Positions 23,906 to 36,849 of a stretch of 64,000 nt of DNA are shown in pieces. Within the stretch, counting starts at the first letter, position 1. Each line of letters opens with the position of its first letter. The notes below the pieces were generated by a model that searched no databases, was not told the DNA's origin, and saw only the letters and a program-made list of their open reading frames with translations. Origin of the DNA: Squalus acanthias (lineage: Eukaryota); assembly GCA_030390025.1 (NCBI GenBank), contig CM059432.1:152770001-152834000 (forward strand), in the 5' to 3' direction. Made by a program: the position numbers and the translations under genes.

Positions 23906-24736
23906 TTGATATATCTTGTTTAGTTTCCCTCACGACCCTTGCTATACCACTTTTGAGAGGCTGGATCTCAGTAGTTTTCTTTAAACGTCCAAGTAGGAAT
24001 TCCGCCCCTTGTATCCCTTGAGCTGAGTTCGCACCAAAGTAGATGAGACAAAATAAAACTTGAACGGTTAGTATTGTAAAAGTTTCTCAATAAAATATCT
24101 CTTACTCACTCCCTGTCTTATGGACTCATTAATTGTTTCCATTGTGCCTATCCACCCTCTAGATAAAATACTCCATTAGTAGAGTTTGGATATGAAGCAT
24201 GTCTTTGATCTTCCAAATGAGAGTCCATCTGTCATATCCCTATAACTGAAGACACTTTACAGCGAGCGAGACGAGGAAAATTGGATGGACCGAAAAATTA
24301 TTGGAATGTTTTTTCTTTCTTTAATTTGTATCCATCAGATTTATTTAAGTTTGTGTGGGAGAACAAGTATTTCATGAATCAAATTTAGAATTAAGTCTTT
24401 TTTCTTGCTACTTTAATCACTGACAACAGACTGCAGCAGATTCTTACTATAATTGCCACTGTGTCCTACTCATTGTGCTGTCTTCAGTTTCAAGTGTGGC
24501 GATGTCAGTCAGTTGGTTATATGTCAGAAAGCAATGTTGGTGGGGTTTTTTCCCACTCACTTGTCTGATGACCAGCTAATGACTGTCCTCCTTGTGTGGT
24601 GGGGTGGGGAGTGGTGGTGTTGGATAGGTAGGATCTCTTTGGGTTTGAGCTGGTTCCAAAATGATCTGCCCACTGATGCACATTTGCTACCTAGTTGAGC
24701 ATTGTTGGCAGATTTAGCAATCTCATACCTGAACCA

Positions 24737-24780
24737 AAATGAGAAGTCGCACAACACCAGGTTATAGTCCAACAGTTTTA
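24737..24780. mobile_element. 44-bp mini-insertion of the same Penelope-type arm
   Basis: 24740-24780 identical to 23712-23752; flanked by ctgaacca (24729-24736 and 24781-24788). Confidence 0.8.
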
Positions 24781-25574
24781 CTGAACCAGACATGCTCACA
24801 CGATGCTCCAGGGCACAATTGATGATCAGCTGGCCTGACTCGCTAGTGAAACCTGGAGGGCTGGACTTGTCCCAGGGGGGTTGAGATTCTTCCCACTTGG
24901 CTCCAGATTACCCTACAAGCAACAGGACGCTTCTGAGTGATCTGTTCTGGTAAAATGTATGATTTGAACTGGTTAAACTTCAGCAGTCCCACTCTTTACA
25001 CCTGGAAGTCCCTAAGCTTTGGTTCTACAAACAAAGCTCTCTTGGTCTTGGGTAAGTGTGCTGTGTTACTGTGGGAAGAGAGTCTGCACTCCATGTAGGT
25101 CAGACACATGCCCTGAAGATTGGTATTGATCTATCCGTAGCTTGAATTGAAGACTCTTAAACATGGTGATTGGTTTCCATGTGTGTCAGACATCCTCCTG
25201 ACCAAAAAAAAATCCCTTGATGTGATTTTGCTAGCAGGTCTGTCTTCACCAAAACATATTATAGATCTCCCAGTGAACGGTTACAGCAAGAGGCTTGGCA
25301 ACAAGTCACCTGCAAGTCCAGTTGTTCAAGGACTGGTGCAAGGCATGGCAGGACATCTCAAAGAACTGTTCATAAAAGGAAAAAGCAAAAAACTGCAAAA
25401 AAAACACACAGATCAGTCAGTGTCTGAGAAGAGAACAGGCAAGTTATCATTTTGGATATAATCCCTTCATTGGAACTGTACTTTAACTGAAGTGTTAACT
25501 CATCTGTTCTTTCCACAGATGCTGACTTACTTGCTGAGTGCTTTAGCATTTAATCCTTTAATAAGGGTTGTGAG

Positions 25575-25940
25575 AGAGTCATAAAAATTACAGCACAGTA
25601 GGAGGCCATTTGGCCCATCGTGCCTGTACTGGTGCCAGCTTTTTATCTGGAGATACCTACTCTAATCTAATTTAGGAAACCGAGAAACATAGATATCTTC
25701 TGAAACAGGAGGGGGGCATTTAGCCCTTCCTGCATGCATTGCATTTAGCCACTCTTGGAGATTGATTTTATACAGTCCCATTTTCCTGCTTTTCCCCCCA
25801 TACCCTTTTTCTTTATTCAGTATCTTTTTGAGCACTGTAATTGATTTAGCATCAATCACCACTTGTGGCAAAGCATGCCACGTTCTGATAACTCTTTTGT
25901 ATGAAAAGGTTTCTTCTGATCTCGCTCTATAATTTCCTTG
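25575..25940 (-). mobile_element. Old CR1 3' fragment
   Basis: gagtcataaaaattacagcacagtaggaggccatttggccc terminus; ORF 25662-25952 FSYKRVIRTWHALP resembles the CR1 C-terminus. Confidence 0.6.
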
Positions 25941-25972
25941 GCTTTTGCTCAAATCATTTTACAGCAACAAAT

Positions 25973-26167
25973 GCTGGAACTTTCAATATTGGCGAAGGTG
26001 GGGGGGGGGCATAAAACGGGTGGCAGCGGATTGCCCACTCATCGTACATCACATCTGATTTTCATTACTTTTGAAGTCAATAGCAAGGAAAATTGGGCGG
26101 GTTGTATGACGGGTGCCGATCTGCTGCTGTCTCTTTTGCTCCCCCACCAAAATTGAAAGTTTTGCCC
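25973..26167. mobile_element. About 195-bp palindromic MITE-like element
   Basis: gaactttcaat...attgaaagtt ends and imperfect pairing along the arms around a central tgaagtcaat loop. Confidence 0.55.
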
Positions 26168-26262
26168 AAAGTTTTCATTGTTACATCCGGGTGATTTGAG
26201 GTCATTTAAAAAAAAAAGAAAATGGTGTTGCTTTAAGCAGCTAATGTGGACAGATAGTTTAA

Positions 26263-26736
26263 TGTCAGCCTTTGCTCAGTGGGTAGCACTCTCGCCTCTG
26301 AGTCAGGAGGTTGTGGGTTCAAGCCCTACTCCAGAGACTTGAGCACATAATCTCGGCTGACACTCCAGTGCAGTGCTGAGGGAGTGCTGCACTGTTGGAG
26401 GTGCTGTCTTTTGGATAAGACGTTAAACTTCGGACCCATTTGAGCTGGGGGGGGGGGGGTGGGGTACATAAAAGATCCTATGGTACTATTCGAAGAAGAG
26501 CAGGGGCATTCGACTGGTGTCCTGGCCAATATTTATCCCCCATCCAACATCACTAAAACAAAATCTGGTCATGTATCTCATTGCTGTTTTTGGGAGCTTG
26601 CTGTGCGCAAATTGGATGCCGCGTTTCCTACATTACAACAGTGACCACATTTCAAAAATTCTTAATTAACTCTGAAGTGCTTTAGAATGTCCTGAGGTCA
26701 TGAAAGGCGCTATATAAATGCAAGTTCTGTCTTTCT
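26263..26736 (+). mobile_element. SacSINE1-like SINE, full length
   Basis: Head GGTTCAAGCC B-box through ggcgctatataaatgcaagt tail. Confidence 0.88.
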
Positions 26737-27549
26737 AATGTGATGCAAGAGGAATTGTACAGCACTGGATAAATAGTTAACTCTCGGTTATTGGGCCAGG
26801 ACATCGGGGAGGAATGGCTGAACTCATGATAACTGTTACTTCGTAATCATTCCCCAAAAGTCTGTGGGTGACACGTGTGAAGGGACTGCTCGGAGCAGCA
26901 CAATACATTCATGAGCAATACCAAATGAGTTGGAGTTGGTAATCTTGGGTTTCTTGTCTAGGCAGCCAATCCCATTGTGACTACCTCACCGATCAGATGG
27001 TGTTCTGGGATGCATCAGTCATCCTGGGGGTGGGGAGAGTGTGAGATACATTTCTGTTAGAGATGTCTTTGTCAGATAACATAAAAGGGTCTCTGCCTGT
27101 CTCCACTTTGTTGAAGCCCAGAAATCCTGAACTAACTCTAACTGGGGAATATAGTACATGACTGTGGCAGCGTGCTGCTAAATCATTCCACTCATCATTT
27201 CAACGGCAGCTCAGTGGGACTAAACTCTGCCCAGTGGCATTATAATGCCCGAAATAAAGGTGGAGTGTGTTAACAGCATGGTCGCACTTGTATGTCAAGC
27301 AGCAGCTTACACTCCTGGGTTACACTGATTTTTAAATTGCTTGAAAACATTCACCCTCCATTTGGGGGCTGCTATTGGCTCCTCCCTGCAATGTTAGCGG
27401 CCCATAGTTTCTCGCCCTTTGATGCCAACTCATTTTAAACCACAGCTATTTTACCAATCCTATTTAGTGTTTTGATCTAAGTTTATGTTTAATGGGCTCA
27501 CTCTCATGTTAGGAAATAGGTTAGCCTATAATATGTGTGTGTATATAAT

Positions 27550-27760
27550 GGCCAATATTTGTCCCTGACCAATATCACTAAAACAGATTACCTGGTCATT
27601 ATCACATTGCTGTTTGTGGGACAGTTGCGCAAATTGGCTGCCGCGTTTCCTACATTGCAACAGTGACTACACTTCAAATAGTACTTCATTGGCTGTAAAG
27701 CGCTTTGGGACGTCCTGAGGTTGTGAAAGGCGCTATGTAAATGCAAGTCTTGTTTTTTTT
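27550..27760 (+). mobile_element. 5'-truncated SacSINE1-like SINE
   Basis: 3' half of the family only. Confidence 0.82.
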
Positions 27761-29724
27761 AAATATACATACTGATAATTGGTCAATTTCTGCTAAAAAA
27801 AATTGAATTATCCAAAGATTAAATTAAGCATTATAAACAACAAAGCAAAAGGAATATAGGGATAGAGTTTCTGCAGAGTTGGGAAATTGTGAATAAATTG
27901 CGCTGATTAGGTTACAGTTCAAGTTTCTGGCAAAATATATTTGCATAATCACAAACCTGAAATTTTCCATGAACAAGTGTCATAGCACATAGTCATTTTG
28001 TTTCTTATGCATTAAAAACGGATGTATTTGAGAGCGGTAACCTGGTGCAGTTTTATTAATACAGCTGAAAATTGGTTTATCACAAAAAATAAGCATTTTT
28101 AATAAGAGGGTCTATAATCCTCCATCTGTGAGTAACCAGATTTTAAATCGCTGAAAATAACTTTAAAAAACTACATTGAACCATTTACTAGTTTCATTGC
28201 TGTACACTAATCGGTTTCTTAGTAAATTGAATATTTTTTAATGTGTAAAAACTTTTAAATCATGCGCCTAAGGAAACAACCTCAGTTTGAAGACTCCTGG
28301 AACGGGCACAATCAGCGGAAATTTGCCATCCTCATTTTGATCGGGGTGGTGGCCTGTTTTGTGGGCGGAGATTTACGCTCGACGGAATTTACGCTTAAAT
28401 TTCCGCGCTGGTTCGGCTGATTTCACCCGGATTGCGCTGGTAAAACTAATCCCCAACTCTGGGCCACTGCGCGTAAAAGTTTGAATTATCGGATAATTTG
28501 AATGAGCAGCTGTGAATGAAGAGGAGACATGCGGCATGGCAGGCACTGTGTTTACAGCTGCTCTTCTTGTCCTGAAATGAACACTATTCTGTTTGCCGGT
28601 CAGATCGATTTTCGGGAGCAAACCTTACTTAATTGTTGCAAGCTGCTTGTATGTTGGAGGAGGAAAGAGAGTCAGATCTGGATCTTGCTAGAAATACATA
28701 GAAATGTCCTCGGAACACAGAAGGAACCTGTAGGCAATAAACAGCCAAAGCAGCATCTCCCGCCTGTCGGAGGGAAACATTCAGTAAATGCTCCAAACCC
28801 GGGATACCTACCTATTTTTTTTTGTTCATTGATGTTTTACTTCTTAAGAGGCTTCTTTGATGGGGTTGCCATATCCAGCGCTGAAGATTGAATGTATTCA
28901 AGCGGACCAAACGCCAGCATTTGACTGCCATTGTTTTCTTTCGCTGAACTGTTTATTTGTGTTTCTTCCCACGCTGTTCGCTGGCCTCACTTTGACAACT
29001 GCTTTTCTGCATGATTTACATTCCTCGGGGCTGTGAGTCTCCTAATTCTTCCAGTTGATTTGCTTTTGCTTGCATGATTACTTCTTCACTCGCCCTGCAA
29101 TTATCAGCTAGTTGTTTTCTACCATGTGCTCCACTCAATTCAGTTTTATCTACAACTCTTACCAGTATAAGCTGCTTTTTTTTATCTGCAGTTGGGAATA
29201 AAGTTTTTTTTAAGTTTTAAGTTTTTAGGAGCAGTTGGGAAGTAACTGCTGCGCTCATGGTAATTTTGAGAGTGCAATGCTTTGCTCAGTCTGAGCGAAC
29301 TTGCCCGCCGCAAATTGCCACTCAGGCGGCCTCACTCAGGCTTGTTCTCGTCGCCTGGCGTGGCTCATGGATGGAGTGGAACTGGGGGGCTGTGCTGGGC
29401 TGCCCTCTACGCCTGGCTGTGAATGGGGAGCTGCCCATGTTTCCCAGCATCATTAGAGTCTGCTTATATTGTGATCATTTTCTCCCCCCTCCCCCTCCCA
29501 AAGTACAGGTTGGCAAAGTGCTGGAACGTACCACAAACTTGCACTGAAGATCTGGGCGTCCGCGTCTTTTGAGTTGGTGAAGACAGTGCAAACTGTGAAA
29601 AACTTTTTTATTGCTACCTGGAGCCGGGGAGTGTGTTGCAATCTATTTTAAACATTGAGGTTGACATTTGAAGACTTGTAGGTCCCTGGCTGTATGGAAA
29701 TAATTGTCAATAAGTGCCCAAGTG

Positions 29725-29743
29725 TGGCCCCTAGGTGGCGTTG
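29725..29743 (+). promoter_or_regulatory. Candidate CTCF site TGGCCCCTAGGTGGCGTTG
   Basis: Matches the CCRSYAGRKGGCR core at 12 of 13 positions; unique, non-TE context. Confidence 0.4.
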
Positions 29744-31205
29744 GGTCTGACAGCAGCTCCGCCAATTCTGCACCTTATAGAATCAGGGACTTGTCCAATG
29801 TGCACTGCTGACAATTACATGTTCTTTCTGCTCCTATGAATAATGTAACTTAGAGATGATTACAATTCGTTTTATCAGTATGGGTCAAACTAGCTTAAAA
29901 AGCAGGCAGCAGTGAGGTAAGAAGGCGCTGCTTCACCTCCAGCTGGCTCCTTGATTACAGTACATGCGCTGAATTCAATTGCTGGGTCTCAGATGACGGA
30001 ATGGACTGCCTTTAAAACTTGCTGCGGGGAGCTTTAATTTCCTCCCTTCAAGGAGAACTATGGGTTAAATGTTGCATTTCCGCTGGGTCCTAAAATCCAC
30101 CTAATTCAAGTTGTTCTCAAGAATGGTAATGTTCAATTAAAAAAGACAATATGAACTTCCTAAATCTTCTCCGGCTGTGTGAATCATTTTATTATTTTAT
30201 TAATGTATCTACTTTTTTAACATTCTAAGAATTTAGAATTTTGAATCAATTAGTTATTTATAAAGTGGCAACACAGGGCAGCTTGTGCTACAATCTGCCT
30301 TGTTTTTCTCTCTTTATATTCCCTTCCCACAGTTGTAATCCCCACCCTCCCCCATCTCTCTTTAGGTCCCGTAGGCATCATTCCCGAACTAGGTTGACAG
30401 GCAGGAGATGGGCTCCCTGGCTTCCATCTATGTTGCTTTAATCCGAGTACTAGGAGGCACATAAGGATGTGTCTATTGATTTCTCTATTACTACTTTCCT
30501 CAGTTGGGTTTCCTGCCCCAGAGGTCTGACTGAGATCATGTGTTGTTAACATCGCGGCTGTAAATTAATCGGCATCTTATCACTGCAAAGTACAACTCCA
30601 TTACTTAAAGGACGATGGTGAAGCCCGTCTGTCCCTACTTGTTCCTGTAGGGTATATTCCCCCCTCGCATGTCCTCAGCCACCTATCGGCAAAACTTACG
30701 CTTTCCCTCCGTCCGTTAAAATGAATGGGTAAAAACCGTGCGCACAGTTTCCCGATAGACTCTCCCAGCGGACGAGGCTCCGCGCCAGGAACACGCAGAC
30801 ATGAAAAATGTAACCCTTATATTCCTTAGTTATATAAGTGCCGCAGAATTGAATAAGAAATTGTGACTCGGCTGTCTTATCCATTGCTTGTACTTTCACG
30901 TGGAGTTTGGTGATCAGTGATGCTGTTTTACTGACCATTTTCTTATACCTGTTTTTCATTTTTTAACTTTTCCATTTCTACAAATTGCAAGTTTTCATTC
31001 TGGTATGGTAGTTGTAATGGTTATGGTGCTGGACTAGTAACCCTGAGGCTGTGAGGTTAAACCAGAGAACCTTGGGAAATTCTACAAAAAAAACGGCCAT
31101 GAAAGCTGCTGGATTTTTGTAAAAAAAAGTCATGCATTTAAAAAAAATGCCTTTCAGAACTCAGGATGCTCCAAAGCGCTTCACAGACAATGAAGTACTT
31201 TTGTA

Positions 31206-31657
31206 GTGTCAGCCTTGGCTCAGTGGGTAGCACACTCGCCTCTGAGTCAGAAGGTTGTGGGTTCAAGTCCCACTCCAGGGACTTGAGCATGTAAATCTAG
31301 GCTAACACTTCAGTGCAGTGCTGAGGGAGTGCCGCACTGTCGGAGGTGCCCTTAAATCGAGGCCCTGTCTGCTCTCTCAGGTGGATGTAAAAGATCCCAT
31401 GGCACTATTTCGAAGAAGAGCAGGGGAGTTCTCCCCAGTGTCCTGGCCAATATTTATCCCTCAATCAACATAACAACAACAGATTATCTGGTCATTATCA
31501 CATTGCTGTTTGTGGGAGCTTGCTGTGTGCAAATTGGCTGCTGTGTTTCCTACATTACAACAGTGACTACACTCCAAAAAGTACTTCATTGGCTGTAAAG
31601 TGCTTTGAGACATCCGGTGGTCGTGAAAGGCGCTATAGAAATGCAAGTCTTTCTATT
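31206..31657 (+). mobile_element. SacSINE1-like SINE nested inside an antisense copy of the same family
   Basis: Host minus-strand tail runs 31128-31205 and resumes at 31658-31715 (tcactgttgtgatgtaggaaatgcg). Confidence 0.85.
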
Positions 31658-34225
31658 TTCACTGTTGTGATGTAGGAAATGCGACAGCCAATTTGCGCAC
31701 AGCAAGCTCCCACAGCCACCAATGAAACAAATACCAATATGTCCGCCACAGAGCGGAATCCGCCACACCTGTATACACATACACCAGTCCCACACTATGT
31801 GGTTGAGTCAATGCCCGCTCGGATGGGCAATAAATGGTGTTGCCGGCACCCCAAGAACATTTTTTTAAAATGTGGTTGAGTGACACTGAGGAGTATTACT
31901 GCCGGATAGGAGAGACCTGGGGGTGAAATTCTTGTCAGTAATCTTAGCGCGAAAGTCCTGGTGAGTAGAGAGCGGGATTTTCCACCGTGCACTCACTTCA
32001 ACAATTAATGAAAGGAATTTCAAACCTTCTGTGCCCCCTCCACGTTGTCAACTTTTATAATAGTCATACATTACACTGTTCATTTACTCAAAACATGACA
32101 GTGTAACTCTTTCTGTGTGTAATGCATTCTCCCTTAAGTCAGTCGTGCATAAAAAGTGACGGCCTTTAGTTTGGAGCCTTTGGTTACTCGCTTCCCTTAC
32201 AAGAATGCTGTGCGTAGACCTCATGAAACAACATTGCATTCCTGTGACAGAATTTGTCGTTCACTGCCCCCTTTCCCTTTTTGCCTCCCCTTCCTTCCTG
32301 TGATGGACGCTCCATTGCCAGGCTAGACGGGTTATATTGGCAGGCTGATGGTGCAGTGTGACAGGCCTGTCCAGATTGATGCAGGGAGGGAGAGAGCAGT
32401 TTGGTTAGAGTTTGGTTGTTCTGTTAGAGTGTCCTGTGAATTTTGTTCAGAGGGGTGCAAGTGGCTTGAAGGAGCTGGTTCTCACAATAAGTGTCTCCGA
32501 GCTGAAGTGTTTCCAACCTTCAATCGTGGCGCAGCCATCCAGGGATGCTGAGGTTTTTAGTTTAATCAGAGCAAGACTAACAAATGACAACTGGAGCCCT
32601 GTTTTAAGCATTTTTCACGAATTCTGACGCTCTTCAGTAGTTAAGTCTGGTTTCTCCATAAATTGGCTGAATTTTGAATGTAATTTTCTTCTGAGAAAAT
32701 TAAAAATTGCAAATGTTTTGTAATTAGGGCCGGAGTGTCGCCTTTTACAAAGTGTAGCTTTTAAGCTCTTTTTTTTACAATTGAGATTTCTGTCTATAAT
32801 AAAATAACACAATAACATTGAGGATCAGGAGCGTGCAGTGATGTAGCCACATTAATTTAGGAGGGAGAAAGAGCTCCAGCAATGAATGAAACAGCGAGAG
32901 GAAGGAGAGCGGGTCAGTTGCCACTTGCAATTGTGTGTGTGCAGATCTCAGTGGGACAGCTCCTGAGATGGCAAGACTTCATGATTAATGGCGTTTATTC
33001 TTGACAGAAGCCCCTTTATTTATCTGCAGCGCAGTTTAGTGATCGTATCGGTTACCTGAATGGAAAATATTCAGTCATACCAATATTGCGGTGTAAATTG
33101 AGTAGAGTCACTTTTTATTCTATCTTTAAGCCTTATCGCCTGCACAGTAATTTTCTTGCTGAGGGTTGATATGGAGAGGCAGGATTTAGCTGTTCTTGAC
33201 ACAAAGCTGCTTCAATTTCCACTCGAAGTTCGAGCTGCTCGCGGAAATATATGGGAAACGTGTCTCCTCCTGGAATAAATGCTGATAAGTATTTCATTAA
33301 ATATGTAAACAAGTAATAGCCTTGGAGTTGTTGGACCTTTCTGACACTCCGATGCAGACCTAGTCGCAGCTTGTTTGCATACAGCGCTTGTAGTTCCACT
33401 TTCTTCCAATCAATCATCATCCAATTCCAATCAGCATGCAAGCAGACACTATCATTCATCCTGAGAGTAATTTTTGAGCTGGACACACTGAGCTTATAAT
33501 GACCACACGGCACATTAGTCACTGCGATAACGGCCGACGACACCCGCTGAAAAATTCTCCACCTTCTCATGCCGTGCTCGGAAATGAGAACAAATGTTAA
33601 ACAAATGTTTATTCGATTAGCTGGCTTTAACAGCATTAAGTGTGAGGGGGACTTGTGACATTGAAGTGACTGAATCTTTTGGAAGTGCGGTTGCTTGTTG
33701 TACTGTCCTCACATTAATGTGGCACTGACATGCGGCTCTGGTCGCTCTGAGTGACTCCGGCAACGTGATCAGATTCAGGACCTCATCGGGTTTGGCCTCT
33801 TCCCAAGTAGTCAAGAGGCAGCCGGTTACGAATTTTAAAAGGACCCCCTGAAAATAAAGCTACCTCTTGTGTAGGTTTATTGTGTGTTAGATCCCAGCCA
33901 GTGTTGGTTTACTTGGCCACCGGGAACCCTTTGTGAGCTGCACTGTTTATAACAAGGTTTAAATGGTCTGAGTTAATCAGGGACTGTATGCACTTCCCTC
34001 TGTTTTTGACCCTGTTTGCAGACTATTATTGCTTATCTTTCTTTACATAAAACACAGCCAGATGAACCGCACAGATAGGCGGGCAGGTCGCACTGAAATC
34101 GGCCGCGACGTTTCAAACCTACACTTCGAATGGATTGCAGGGTCACTTGGAGCCAATTCCGTTGATTCTACCAATAAACCAGGCATCATTCTGAGCAGGA
34201 ATAAAGTTTAGATTGTAACAAGGGG

Positions 34226-34560
34226 GTCTCCACGGCTCGGCCACTTTATCAAGCGAACGGTTCAACCCCAGTGACCAAGAGGTCCCACTTTGACCTCCCT
34301 GCCTCCCTCCGTCTGTGTTGAGTTCGCTGCTCTCGGGCGGGACGGACGGAGGGAATACCACCACTGGCTTAATTCCCCGGTCTGGAGAGGATAATCAGCC
34401 GGTGTTCCTGTTCCCCGTCGCTGTCTAGTCAGCGCCTCTGCCCAGTGCTTGGAGTGAGGGCAGGAGGGAGCTTTGTGCTGTGAAGCACTGACAGTTCCAG
34501 CTCACAGTTCCAGGATGGGATTTGGCAAGGTACCAGAGGGCGAGTGCCCGTGGAACCAAC
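34226..34560 (+). mobile_element. Old tRNA-derived SINE of a third family
   Basis: tctgtgttgagttcgctgctctc...aatcagccggtgttcctg...ggtaccagagggcgagtgcccgtggaacc resembles a shark SINE recalled from memory. Confidence 0.4.
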
Positions 34561-35027
34561 AACCTGCATTCGGCTAGCACCTACAGCATAGAAAAACATC
34601 CCAAAGGAATTCATAGAAGTATTCATGATTTATTAATATTTCCTACTCCCTTTGCGGGGTGAGAGATCAGAATTTTCTCAAATACATTAAAAAGCTGTAA
34701 TTTTCTGGCTGTCGTCCTACAGTGTGGAGCAGGCAGCCTGAGAAAGGAAATGCTCTTTCTGATTTTCTTGTGTTTACAGGATTGTGTGTGAATTAGCTGA
34801 CTTGCTGTTTGTGACGGGAATGTGGAGCATTACGCAGTAGTTGCTAATTAGTGCTTTAGAGTAACTCTGTAAATGTCAATCAAGCCATTAGGTGTAATTA
34901 ACTGCACCACTTCAGAAACAAGCTTCCAGGTAGTAAAATGTGTTTCTGTTTCCTGCAGTTGGGTGCACAGAGATGTGACTTAGAATTCTAGGATCTTAGT
35001 CAGACTAAAGGCCGCTTAGTATTTCAT

Positions 35028-35505
35028 TAGAAAGAATTTATATAGCGACCTTGTAGCACTTTACAGCCAATGAAGTACATTTAAAGTGTAGTTATTGTCG
35101 CAATGTGGGAAACTCGGCAGCCAATTTCTGCACAGCAAGGTCCCACAAACAGCAATGACCATGTTATCTGTTTTACTGATGTTGGTTGAAGGATAAATAT
35201 TGGCCCAGGAGACGGAAACTCTTCTGCATCCACCTGCTAGGGCAGACTGCCCCGGTTTAACATCTCATCCGAAAGACTGCATCTCCTCAAAACAATGTAA
35301 CTGGGGCTGGTTGGACAGCACCAAGAGCCTCAGCACATTGCAGAGACAGTTCTGGAGCTGCCAGGTTGGCTCTGAGTGGGAAGGTTCCATTCCCAGTCCA
35401 GGAATGTACTGTGGGAGTGCTGGAGTGTCAGCCGAGATTGTGTGCTCACATTCCTGGACTGAGCACAACCTTCTGACTCAGAATACTGAAAAGTGAGCCA
35501 AACTG
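35028..35505 (-). mobile_element. Degenerate, rearranged SacSINE1-like SINE
   Basis: Tail, central and head segments recognisable, with internal deletion and insertion. Confidence 0.7.
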
Positions 35506-35972
35506 GCAGCTCAGAAAGTGCTTCTCCAATGTGCTGAGAGTCTTGGTGCTGTCGAACCAGCCCCGTTTACAGTATTTCTATTACACGGCCTGTGGTGGTC
35601 ATCTGTAGTGCCACAGTCACTGATGCCACCTCACTTGTATTTGATGCTGAGGTTGGGTCTTGGCAGCTGCTTTATAGTATAACTGCAGCACAAGAGCAAT
35701 TAAAATGTTCACCGAATTTCCCTTCCTGTCTTCTTTTGTCCCATCACCAGCATCTCTGTGGTATAGCTTCATTAATGCCAGTCACCCTCCAGTACATTGC
35801 CCAGGTTGGGGTTGTTGGATAATGATTAGGCGCAAGAACCTCAGTCAATTTTTCCCTTTGCTAACACAGGGACACTGAGTCTAATTGTTATGACCTGAAT
35901 GTTACTCTGGCTGAGAACAGCGAATTCAGCGCAGCTCCTGGCCCTTCCTGTTCTATGTAGTTTGGAGACAAA

Positions 35973-36849
35973 GGCCGTGATTTTATCAATGGAGGCAGAT
36001 TGGGTGCAGGTCAGGTGGTTTCCAGCTTCCAGTCCCGCCCCCAACTGCATCCGGCCCACAGACGTGATTTTACGTTGATTGACCTTGTTAATCCTGCCCT
36101 GCGGGCTTGCTGGCCAATTAAGAGGAAGCGGGTCTGATGACGTCATTTGATGAAGTGTCATCTGCCGGTTTCCTTAAAGGGACCATGCACAATTTTTTTT
36201 TGACAGTTGATTTCTCAGTGTTTGACAGCATTGAGGTGCTGCAAACACTGACAATCACTGCACAAAGGTGACCTCTTGCTCCCAGGCTCTCCAATGACTC
36301 CCTCCATAGGCTGGAATAGATGGCAGCTGCAGGTGAGGTGACAGAAGCGATCTGTCACTGGTGAGAGAGGTTCTCCCAATGAGGTGGCACTGGACATGGA
36401 TTTAAAAACTTGTAACCTAAAGAAAAGTGTAAATGTAATAAAAATGCAGTACCCAACATTTTCTTTCCTCTGAGACTCACCATGTGCAACATTGGATCCT
36501 TCACACCACTTCTGCAGCTGTCATCATTCCACAAACATTACAGCAGACTCACAACACACCACACTTACCTGGTGTGGTGTCCGGACGTCAGGAAGCCCGA
36601 GCCAGAAGCGGCAAAATTCAAAAATAGCCTGTCAACTACTAGAAACTACCTGTTAATAGGCAGGTAATTGCCTTTAATCCTCTTTCCGCTGCTAGGTGTC
36701 TGGTCCATTCGCAAATCGGGGACCCGACACTTGGGAAAATTGTTTGGAGGCGGGATGACAGCGGGATCGCAACTCGCCGTCAATCAAAACGATTTTAACC
36801 TTTCACCCGCCTCCAAACCCGCCCTCTGAGCGCCGGCAAAATCCAGCCC
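35973..36849 (+). mobile_element. Non-autonomous PIF/Harbinger-like DNA transposon
   Basis: Imperfect 12-bp TIRs (GGCCGTGATTTT vs reverse complement GGGCTGGATTTT), 3-bp AAA on both sides, internal APRLSNDSL remnant resembling the start of Harbinger Myb/SANT ORFs. Confidence 0.55.

Noticed and set aside
26263..26340. tRNA genes at SINE heads
   Set aside because: A/B boxes continue into SINE bodies; no complete cloverleaf.
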